Source: a virus
Strand: one strand, 5' to 3'
Length of the DNA stretch: 16,784 bases
UHGV virus genome: UHGV-0338128
Shown here: positions 8,153 through 15,021 of the stretch, piece after piece
How the letters are laid out: each line of letters starts with the position of its first letter
Numbering within the stretch: position 1 is the stretch's first letter
Program-made: the position numbers and the translations under genes
The notes under the pieces: generated by a model
Told to the model about the DNA's origin: nothing
Database searches by the model: none
Seen by the model: the letters and a program-made list of their open reading frames with translations, nothing else

Positions 8153-8905
8153 TTATCTCGTCACCTTTCTCAATTGTGTTTCAGCATATGCTTCTTCCTG
8201 CCAGCACTTTGTTACTAGTTTATCAATTACGTCTGCATATCCTTTGTACCACTGATAATCAGTCAGGTCTGGAACCAGCTTCTGGACATGACGTCGTGCC
8301 AGTGTAGTCGGTAAACGGCTAAACCGGTTTCCATTGCAACGCCCACAAGTCTTATAAACAGGCGTGCCATGAAGCCGGGTTCTTTTTTCATCCAGGACAA
8401 TACCTTTACCCTTACACCCTCTGCACGCCGTGCTGACTTCTCCCTTGCCATGACAATGCTGACACAGTTCCTTCACCCACTCTTCTTTGATAACGGATTC
8501 CCCGCTTCTGGAATGTTTCACCACTTCGCGCAATACATTATGAAATCCAGTACCAGTACAATGCTCACAGCGAGCCTTACTTGCCGCAGACCTGGAATAA
8601 TCAGCAAAGGCAAAATTCACAAGGTAAGGGATGATCTGTAACCGGGTTTCTTCACTCAATTTGTTCAATGTCGGGTTATCCAGTGCCATCGCGTAATTGA
8701 GCAGGCCTTCAATCGCAAACTGAGGATCCTGAACACCAACTTTTGCCAAGAATAAGGCAAACCCAAGCGGTGCTTTCGACTGCACCATCCCCTGCGCAGC
8801 CATTACATCCGTAATTGTTAAACCACCCGAGCCTGTCGCCGATGCGTCATCGCTCAATTTTGGAGATTTTGGGGAGTAATATTTCGGTAAGGCTTCAAGG
8901 TTCAT
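8153..8905 (-). CDS. Q: late-gene antiterminator Q (cysteine-rich, zinc-finger type)
   Basis: Start at the ATG at 8905 (MNLEALPKYY...) with GGAGAA upstream; the ORF track extends 14 codons further. Contains CEHCTGTG, CQHCHGKG, CRGCKGKG and CGRCNGN motifs. Sits immediately upstream of the candidate PR'/tR' and lysis genes; I recall similar Q proteins in Stx-type lambdoid phages. Confidence 0.8.
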   Translation of the reverse strand: MNLEALPKYYSPKSPKLSDDASATGSGGLTITDVMAAQGMVQSKAPLGFALFLAKVGVQDPQFAIEGLLNYAMALDNPTLNKLSEETRLQIIPYLVNFAFADYSRSAASKARCEHCTGTGFHNVLREVVKHSRSGESVIKEEWVKELCQHCHGKGEVSTACRGCKGKGIVLDEKRTRLHGTPVYKTCGRCNGNRFSRLPTTLARRHVQKLVPDLTDYQWYKGYADVIDKLVTKCWQEEAYAETQLRKVTR

Positions 8906-8918
8906 GCTCGTTCTCCAC

Positions 8919-9914
8919 TTACACCAGTACGCCAATTGCCAGCGCACGATCGATAAAACGAAATATCAGCTCCAGCTGGGAGCCATACATCTCTTCAAAT
9001 GCCACGGTATCCGCATGCAGCTCGTCGTGATGCTTTCTGCACAAAGGCAACACAAAAAGGTCATGCGCTTTTGTACCCATTCCACCCTGTCCGTGGCCTA
9101 TCAGGTGGTGGGGATCATCAGCGGGCTTTCCACAACATGCACACGACTGTGTCTTAACCCAGCGCGTGTACTTTTCATTAACCCAGCGGCGACATTTTGG
9201 GCGTAACATAAAAGACTCCGGCGACTCCGGATCCACTTTCAGCGCCAGCACCTTTTTCGCTTTATCCTGGATGATGCTGGTGGCAGGAACCGAAGGAACA
9301 AGGTCACTTTCCCGGGTGACAGACGGCACAACAGGCTTTGGTAATCTCAGTGCCTTACGGGCTGCACTTTCCGGTAAGGCATCCGCCAGGTCATTACGAA
9401 TCAGCCACCAGCACAGTTCCGGCATTGTCACAACGTGACTGTCATCAAAACCGAGATCCCGACGCACAACAGACAACACCCAGCGGGCACAGTTATCCGT
9501 TGCCATTGATTCCAGCCGTTCCGTGAACTGATCGCGCAGCTGGTTATCGCAGTGCCAGCACAGACGGATTGCGCCCGGCGCGTGTCGCATTGTGGTCATG
9601 TTCTCGCTGTGCCAGTCGGAATGAGGCCACTGGCAGCCTTTTTCACGAAGTAACCAGCTTTCAAGACATTCCACGCCACCAGCACGACGGATCACTGCCT
9701 CATTGCGGAACACGGCCCGAACAGCAGGATCATCCGCCAGCGGTTGTGATGCCGCGGGAACGGCACCACTGGCGAAAGATGAATAACGTTCCGGCTCAGG
9801 CTCCAGCAGTACACGCCCCTGCATAAACAGGGGCATCAGTTCTGAACCTGGTCTGAACAATACGATCCCCATACGCGGGGCTATTTCAGGGGTCAGTAGT
9901 GCTCTCACGGTCAC
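8919..9914 (-). CDS. DUF968-like phage protein (YdfU-like) with C-terminal HNH/zinc-binding-like motif
   Basis: 331-aa ORF; C-terminal CACCGKPADDPHHLIGHGQGG...CRKHHDELH motif. Position just upstream of Q matches ydfU-quuQ in the E. coli Qin prophage as I recall it. Start codon at 9914 is GTG; the first in-frame ATG is at 9872. Confidence 0.6.
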   Translation of the reverse strand: MTVRALLTPEIAPRMGIVLFRPGSELMPLFMQGRVLLEPEPERYSSFASGAVPAASQPLADDPAVRAVFRNEAVIRRAGGVECLESWLLREKGCQWPHSDWHSENMTTMRHAPGAIRLCWHCDNQLRDQFTERLESMATDNCARWVLSVVRRDLGFDDSHVVTMPELCWWLIRNDLADALPESAARKALRLPKPVVPSVTRESDLVPSVPATSIIQDKAKKVLALKVDPESPESFMLRPKCRRWVNEKYTRWVKTQSCACCGKPADDPHHLIGHGQGGMGTKAHDLFVLPLCRKHHDELHADTVAFEEMYGSQLELIFRFIDRALAIGVLV

Positions 9915-9915
9915 C

Positions 9916-10725
9916 TCAATGAACGGTATCGAGCAACTTTAACAGCTCAGGGAATCGGGATTCGAAGAAATGCGGCTGCGTCTCGCGCGGATTTGCGGGA
10001 CTGATGATGTTCTTGCCGAACATGCAACCTTTCGCTGTCAGCGACCAGAATTTTTTGATGTTGTTAATCGTGGTACGGCTGTATCGTTCACGTTGTTCAA
10101 CGATCCCCAGCTTCGCCATCTGGTGATATGCCTGATTAGCTGTCAGGCGGATACCATACTGCTTCAGCAGTGCACTCAGTGACAGCGTGGGGCGGCTTGA
10201 GCCATCAGGCGCGTCAGCAGGAGCATCAATGGCATAGCGCGGTGCCAGATTCGGTAAGCCAACAGCCTCCTGGAGTTTCTGACAGGCACCAAGCACTGAA
10301 GAGTTAGACAGGTTTAATTCCCGGCGCATAAAGTCCAGCAGAATCACACCAGCCTGCATCTTGTCAGCAGCCTGTCCGGATAATTTTTCCGGTGCGCTGG
10401 TTACCATGTCGAAAGTACGGATCACCTTCAGATGGAATGACGGGCTGATCCACATTGCATAGGCATACACCAGTTCTTTGCAGACATACGTCCCCTGGTT
10501 ATTTCCGCCATTAATGACGCTAACTGGTTGATTTTGTTCCAGAGGCGGAATTCCACCCTCGGTGAAAAGTTGTTCAATCAATTCACAGGTTTGCTTATTG
10601 GAGAGCCAGTATTTCGGGCGGTTTTTTTGTTCTCCCCCGGCTGCCCTGTGCAGATCGTTCAGGCTGTAACGCCCATAAGCATCACGACGAACTTCAATAC
10701 CATCAATGACCATCAGATTATTCAT
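9916..10725 (-). CDS. KilA-N domain protein
   Basis: N-terminus MNNLMVIDGIEVRRDAYGRYSLNDLHRAAGGEQKNRPKYWLSNKQTCELIEQ matches the KilA-N DNA-binding domain pattern. GGAGA SD upstream of the ATG at 10725. Confidence 0.7.
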   Translation of the reverse strand: MNNLMVIDGIEVRRDAYGRYSLNDLHRAAGGEQKNRPKYWLSNKQTCELIEQLFTEGGIPPLEQNQPVSVINGGNNQGTYVCKELVYAYAMWISPSFHLKVIRTFDMVTSAPEKLSGQAADKMQAGVILLDFMRRELNLSNSSVLGACQKLQEAVGLPNLAPRYAIDAPADAPDGSSRPTLSLSALLKQYGIRLTANQAYHQMAKLGIVEQRERYSRTTINNIKKFWSLTAKGCMFGKNIISPANPRETQPHFFESRFPELLKLLDTVH

Positions 10726-10744
10726 ACTTCGTTTCTCCTCTTAA

Positions 10745-11134
10745 TCAGGCGGCTGCACCCGCCGTTTTCTCGTACTTACTGATAGTGATCTCGACCTTCC
10801 CTTCCGGGATAACCGGTCCCCACTCCACCAGCATTCTTTTCACCTGGCTGTCGTCTTCCCACACACCTGCGTGGGTCAGGGCGTCAAACAGCGCCTTGTT
10901 ATAGTTATCCAGATCGCGGATCCTGTTATCCGGAGGAAACAACACGATCTCCACTGAAGCAGGTGCCGACGTTGGTTTCGGCAGACGACGTAACTGCTCA
11001 ACTATTGCTGCGCACGCCGCGCTCTGGAATTTTCGCCCCGCCGCGCTTATCAGGCTCTTACCTGCAAACGCCCCTTTGTTAGGGTGTCGCCAGTAAGTGT
11101 TCACGCTGGGCGGGAAAGGCAGGATAAGCTTCAT
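10745..11134 (-). CDS. rusA: RusA-family Holliday junction resolvase
   Basis: LPFPPSVNTYWRH... and IRDLDNYNKALFDALTHAGVWEDDSQV align with E. coli RusA (LPWPPSNNRYYRH..., [27 protein letters not shown]) as I recall it. ATGA overlap with the upstream gene. Confidence 0.85.
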   Translation of the reverse strand: MKLILPFPPSVNTYWRHPNKGAFAGKSLISAAGRKFQSAACAAIVEQLRRLPKPTSAPASVEIVLFPPDNRIRDLDNYNKALFDALTHAGVWEDDSQVKRMLVEWGPVIPEGKVEITISKYEKTAGAAA

Positions 11135-11457
11135 ACTTTCAGGCCCCTCTCATGTAACCAGTGAGTTGCACGCAGCCTGGCGTTTTCCTCACCGGCAAGC
11201 AGTGCGCGGATAATCCCGGCTGCCTCGCTGTCGTCGTCCTTCACTGTGGTATGAAGCGTGATACCCCGGGCCACGCCACGCTTTATCGTGATGACGCCTT
11301 TTTTCTCCATTGCGCGAAGATGCTCCACCGCTGCATTCACCGAACGGTATCCCAGCATGGCTGCCACCTCCTGATTGGTTGGCGGGAAACCACGTTCTTT
11401 CTGATAAGAAATCAGCATATCCAGCACCTGCTGCTGGCATTGAGTTAACGTCGTCAT
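11131..11457 (-). CDS. LexA N-terminal DNA-binding-domain homolog lacking the S24 peptidase domain (108 aa)
   Basis: From the ATG at 11457: MTTLTQCQQQVLDMLISYQKERGFPPTNQEVAAMLGYRSVNAAVEHLRAMEKKGVITIKRGVARGITL aligns without gaps to E. coli LexA residues 1-69 as I recall them ([68 protein letters not shown]). Only about 39 further residues follow and no Ser/Lys peptidase domain. Start overlaps the upstream stop (TAATG); the ORF track start at 11490 is a GTG. Confidence 0.7.
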   Translation of the reverse strand: MTTLTQCQQQVLDMLISYQKERGFPPTNQEVAAMLGYRSVNAAVEHLRAMEKKGVITIKRGVARGITLHTTVKDDDSEAAGIIRALLAGEENARLRATHWLHERGLKV

Positions 11458-11945
11458 TAACCCCCCACGTAATTCCCTGACAGATACCACTCATCACCCG
11501 ATACAGCGCGCTTGCTGCTTTTCCGTAAACACTGCTCACGACGCGCCAGAAAATTGTTTCGTTCTGGCTGGGAGTGGCTTTCACGGAATGCCGCCATCCA
11601 CACCGTTGCAGCACGACGGTATAAGCCCCTGGACTCTAGTTCTTCAGCCTGGCGGGTCAGGCACAAAATCACACGGGGATCGTTAGTGCCGACATAGAAA
11701 TTGCGCACAGGTCTGGTTTCACGAACTGGTTGTGGTTCCGGCTCCTGTGCTCTCTCAGTCAGGCGCGGGAAATGTCTGCGTGTATCCCCTTCACAACGGT
11801 GAGCCACACGCCCACTCTGACGTAACTTGCTTGCTGACTGCAGAACGCGCTGCCGTGAGTAACCAGCAAAAGCATCCGCAATGTCTCCGGAAGTACACCC
11901 CGGATGGGCTTCAATGAATTTCTGAACTTCATTCAAAAGACTCAT
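11457..11945 (-). CDS. putative PerC/Pch-like transcriptional regulator (162 aa)
   Basis: C-terminal LESRGLYRRAATVWMAAFRESHSQPERNNFLARREQCL resembles the GLWRRAA..W core I recall for PerC-family proteins. The N-terminal 60 aa looks like a winged-helix. Family assignment is from memory and tentative. Confidence 0.45.
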   Translation of the reverse strand: MSLLNEVQKFIEAHPGCTSGDIADAFAGYSRQRVLQSASKLRQSGRVAHRCEGDTRRHFPRLTERAQEPEPQPVRETRPVRNFYVGTNDPRVILCLTRQAEELESRGLYRRAATVWMAAFRESHSQPERNNFLARREQCLRKSSKRAVSGDEWYLSGNYVGG

Positions 11946-11947
11946 GA

Positions 11948-12754
11948 TTACCCCCTGAATCCTGCCGGGATCTGGCTGTAGTCCACGTTGTCGTAACTGG
12001 CTTTGAAGTACGGGTCCTCGCGTCTGGCTGCAGATACCGCAGGAACTTCCCAGGATTCTTCGAAATGACGATCCGGACCAAAGAACGTGACAGCCTGTTT
12101 CACAAATTGTGTGCCGCTGTTACCCATCGCAGATACCCAGCCCGCGTAGCGTTTCACACCTTCCAGCATGGTTTCGGGTTTTACCCCCTCATTCAAACGG
12201 GCTTTCCAGGCTTTGAAGGCTGCAGATTTTGAATTGCCACCAGCACGTTTGGGATATGCCAGCCATGCCTGCTCAAACTCCGGAGAGTATTCCGGTCGGT
12301 TTGAACGAACTCGCACAGACTCATCAGCAGATGCACCAACAGCTATTGGTTCATTGACTGGTTCAAAAGAGTGACTGGTTCTGGGTGAATCTCCTGCACT
12401 ACCCCCTGGTGCAACTCCTGCACTACCTGGTGAATTTGCTGCACCAGATAGTGAATTATTTGCACTACCCCCTAGTGAATCTCCTGCACCATCAAGATGA
12501 AGGAGATAGATATTACTTGAGTTACCTTTTTCACCTTTCCGGGTGACTTTTTTTACCAGCCCGGAATCACAAAGGGCCGCAATATGATTCATCACAGAAC
12601 GTTTGCTAATCTCGCACTGGTCAGCAATATGCTGGTAGCTGGGCCAGCACTCACCCTGATCGCTGGCATTATCAGCCAGCTTGATCAGAACCAGTTTTCG
12701 CAATGGATTACCCACTCGAATTTTCATCGCTTTAACCATCAGCTCCATACTCAT
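11948..12754 (-). CDS. replication initiator (lambda O-like replisome organiser, N-terminal HTH)
   Basis: Start at the ATG at 12754, overlapping the upstream stop (ATGA). N-terminal ...LRKLVLIKLADNASDQGECWPSYQHIADQCEISKRSVMNHIAALCDSGLV is typical of phage replication-initiator HTH domains. A Gly/Ser/Ala-rich linker is encoded by a direct-repeat array, then a C-terminal domain follows. The ORF track extends to 12793. Confidence 0.75.
   Translation of the reverse strand: MSMELMVKAMKIRVGNPLRKLVLIKLADNASDQGECWPSYQHIADQCEISKRSVMNHIAALCDSGLVKKVTRKGEKGNSSNIYLLHLDGAGDSLGGSANNSLSGAANSPGSAGVAPGGSAGDSPRTSHSFEPVNEPIAVGASADESVRVRSNRPEYSPEFEQAWLAYPKRAGGNSKSAAFKAWKARLNEGVKPETMLEGVKRYAGWVSAMGNSGTQFVKQAVTFFGPDRHFEESWEVPAVSAARREDPYFKASYDNVDYSQIPAGFRG
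12385..12493. repeat. iteron-like direct repeats (five units of about 21-24 bp, GTGAATCTCCTGCACTACCCCCT-like) inside the replication gene: candidate ori
   Basis: Units begin near 12385, 12409, 12430, 12451 and 12475; each contains a GTG(A/C)A...TGCAC partial dyad. They map to the interdomain linker of the initiator, as lambda ori iterons do within O, and are flanked by a moderately AT-rich stretch (12494-12530). Confidence 0.55.
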
Positions 12755-12975
12755 GCTGCACCTCCGAGATGCTTCATGTTTTTTCCGGAGCAAAAGGCTA
12801 TAAGCGGCATACTGACGCGGTAATTACGGCCCAGCGGTTCACAAACCACCTTCTGACATTCACGGTCAACCAGGCTAACACGTAGAACATGCCCTGCAGG
12901 CGTGGTGTACCACTGACCCGGACGAGGACAACGGAAAGTCTGATTGGTAAAACGTTTGAAAATATTCCGGATCAT
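12751..12975 (-). CDS. hypothetical small protein (74 aa)
   Basis: ATGA overlaps at both ends (with the Rha stop and the replication-gene start) imply translational coupling within the early operon. Several Cys/His (RCPRPG...RECQKVVCEP). No family recognised. Confidence 0.5.
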   Translation of the reverse strand: MIRNIFKRFTNQTFRCPRPGQWYTTPAGHVLRVSLVDRECQKVVCEPLGRNYRVSMPLIAFCSGKNMKHLGGAA

Positions 12976-14123
12976 TTGCGCCCCCTTACCTCTGAAGGGT
13001 TCAGCGACAAATTTATGAGGCAGGCCAGCGCCGAAGCATCATTAATATAATCATATAAGCTAACAGCCAGCGGAGATTCGGCTTTTGCCAACATAGGATA
13101 AAGCTGCTGCAGCCAGACCTGATGAATTGATGAAATGTAGGAACAGAGAACGCTGGCGTTATGTGCAACGTCGCTCGGTACAGCGGGCTTTGAAAGCTGT
13201 TTCTCCATCTGGTTAAAGGCATTGATATATGCCTCTTTGAACTGGGCAGCACGTTTACCCGTGAAACCCATAGCAAGAAACGCAAAACCGTCGCGTGTGA
13301 TTTGGTAGCAATGAAGTTTGCGACCTGTGCAATCAGTGTAATCACTCACCGAAAAATTGCGGGCAGTGAATGATGCTGAGCATTCAAGCGTGCGGATCTT
13401 TTTCAGTACATCGTCATGACGTTTGGAGAAGAAGTTGGCAACAGCCAGGGATGAAGTAACAACCTGACCATCAACGATGGCAATTTCAGGTTGAGTGAGG
13501 GTTGGGATCGTAGCCATGATGGCAGCCTCTTTGGTGATTTTTAATAACTCACCACCAAGGCTTTCCACGACCTTATTGGTGGTGAGACGTACAGGGGTGG
13601 AAATACCGGTCACCAAAGAACCCGGCCCAACCGAAGTTGGCCCTGCACGCCCCACCATAATTTGGGCGTAATGCTGCTCATGACACAAAAAAACCGCAAG
13701 AGCGCGGTTGTGCGCTTTGGTGAATTCCGGGTTTCCACGCCCGGCCCCCGTTTTATAAGGTGCCTGAACAGTGTAACGTCCCGGAATGGCAGAATCAATG
13801 TGTTGGTGGTCCGTCACACTCAACAAAATCACGCCTGAATTTCCACAAAGGACTAAAGCACTCATGCGGGTAGTCTTTGCGAAGATAGATAACGCGCTGT
13901 GTTTCTGGTTCCCAACGAATAACATGAACATAAAGCCCTCTTCCGTCACGAAACCAGCGGTTAAGTTCCTGCACAACTCGCCCCCCACAGTCAGGTAAAG
14001 TTCTCTGTGGTTACTTACAGCCTGGTGATTTGGTAATCTGCATTCATGCCGTAACAACAGGTGTTCAGAGACGCTGACCACCAGCTGTTGCGACAAACGG
14101 TTATTTGCCGTTAAACTGTTCAT
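12972..14123 (-). CDS. Rha-family phage regulatory protein with about 200-aa N-terminal extension of unknown function
   Basis: C-terminal 181 aa (from MATIPTLTQPEIAIVDGQVVTSSLAVANFFSKRHDDVLKKIRTL...ITRDGFAFLAMGFTGKRAAQFKEAYINAFNQME) match the Rha domain pattern. The frame is open for 202 further codons upstream to an ATG at 14123 that overlaps the CII-like stop (ATGA) and has GGAGA upstream. An internal ATG at 13517 with AAAGAGG SD sits exactly at the Rha domain start. Confidence 0.65.
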   Translation of the reverse strand: MNSLTANNRLSQQLVVSVSEHLLLRHECRLPNHQAVSNHRELYLTVGGELCRNLTAGFVTEEGFMFMLFVGNQKHSALSIFAKTTRMSALVLCGNSGVILLSVTDHQHIDSAIPGRYTVQAPYKTGAGRGNPEFTKAHNRALAVFLCHEQHYAQIMVGRAGPTSVGPGSLVTGISTPVRLTTNKVVESLGGELLKITKEAAIMATIPTLTQPEIAIVDGQVVTSSLAVANFFSKRHDDVLKKIRTLECSASFTARNFSVSDYTDCTGRKLHCYQITRDGFAFLAMGFTGKRAAQFKEAYINAFNQMEKQLSKPAVPSDVAHNASVLCSYISSIHQVWLQQLYPMLAKAESPLAVSLYDYINDASALACLINLSLNPSEVRGRK

Positions 14124-14671
14124 GCGTTAGTTTCTCCACAGACACAAAACGCCACGACGCCCGGAGCTGCACACTCGCGGGCGTCACTCTTTTCTGGAGC
14201 GCAGAAAATTTTGTAGACCAGTGCCGCATGCTCCTGGAGCTTCGAAATCGACAGATACAACTCATCATTAATTGCTGTCTGCTCGTGTGGCTCCACTACC
14301 CCATCTTCGATTGCCGAACGAATCTGCTTTGAGTAACTCCCGATTTGTTCGATGACTTCCAGCAGGCGCTGGTTTATATCGGCGTTCTCTACTTCCTCAA
14401 TTTCAGGAAGCGATACAAACACCCCACCAGCAGACTGTGCGACAGCATCCGCAATGTAGTGAGTGCCAGCAGCGCGCTGTAAAATCATTGCCCATCCCAG
14501 CGGGAAAATCTGATCGCCATCTGCACGAAGGCGGTTGAATAAAGCGTTCTCTGTTACATCCAGCCACTCAGCAGCTTCAGCGTAACCCCCCGGCAACGCC
14601 GCGATAGTTTTTCTGACAGCTTTCACGTACCACTCAGGCTGTTTTTCCACTTTCCAGTGATGCTTACCCAC
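14120..14671 (-). CDS. putative CII-type early regulatory protein (phage 186 CII / CP76-like), 183 aa
   Basis: Occupies the cII position directly after cro. GTG start at 14671 with AGGAG 7 nt upstream. The central segment (ALFNRLRADGDQIFPLGWAMILQRAAGTHYIADAVAQ) loosely resembles phage 186 CII as I recall it. Tentative. Confidence 0.4.
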   Translation of the reverse strand: MGKHHWKVEKQPEWYVKAVRKTIAALPGGYAEAAEWLDVTENALFNRLRADGDQIFPLGWAMILQRAAGTHYIADAVAQSAGGVFVSLPEIEEVENADINQRLLEVIEQIGSYSKQIRSAIEDGVVEPHEQTAINDELYLSISKLQEHAALVYKIFCAPEKSDARECAAPGVVAFCVCGETNA

Positions 14672-14924
14672 GGCTTATCTCCTGTTCCTGTGGTTTAAAC
14701 CCATTCTGGTTTTGGCTAGATTGAAAACGTGCCGGATAAAGAATCTGCATTTCGCTGATTTCACCCTTAAAAAAATTGGCCAGACGTTCTGCAAGCTCGA
14801 TAGATGGAATTTGTTCCAGTCTTTCAATACGACTCAGCGTCGCTGGATTGACCTGAACGCCAGCAGCAACATGCTGCAAAGTAAATCCGTGCGCTTTACG
14901 CACATTCCGTAATGGTGATTGCAT
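14664..14924 (-). CDS. cro: Cro-like HTH (XRE-family) repressor
   Basis: 86-aa ORF divergent from the CI-like gene, with GGAGG SD and an HTH (GFTLQHVAAGVQVNPATLSRIERLEQIPSIELAERLANFF). Confidence 0.8.
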   Translation of the reverse strand: MQSPLRNVRKAHGFTLQHVAAGVQVNPATLSRIERLEQIPSIELAERLANFFKGEISEMQILYPARFQSSQNQNGFKPQEQEISRG

Positions 14925-15021
14925 ATAACCTCCACATATTGCGTGATGAGCATATTATTTCACGCAAATATTTTGCGCAAGTTGATTTGCTTAACGCGCA
15001 ATAAAGAAATGTAATAAACGC
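14925..15021. promoter_or_regulatory. OR-like operator/promoter region between cro and cI (candidate PR and PRM)
   Basis: Repeated TTGC-N7-GCAA-like half-site pairs (TTGCGTGA...TCACGCAA 14939-14967, TTGCGCAA 14973-14980, TTGCTTAACGCGCAA 14987-15001). On the minus strand -35 TTGCGC (plus 14975-14980) and -10 TAATAT (plus 14952-14957) with 17-bp spacing form a candidate PR toward cro. Confidence 0.55.

Noticed and set aside
8906-8947. N-terminal extension of the Q ORF (MRWQLAYWCKWRTS...) and TTG-extended start of the 146-aa moron (5346)
   Set aside because: Downstream ATG codons with proper SD sequences (8905 and 5409) give starts that do not overlap the preceding gene and are more plausible.
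11189-11614. 141-aa minus ORF overlapping the PerC-like and LexA-domain genes in another frame
   Set aside because: Alternative frame across two genes that each have homology or coupling support; Gly/Ser/Arg-rich translation.
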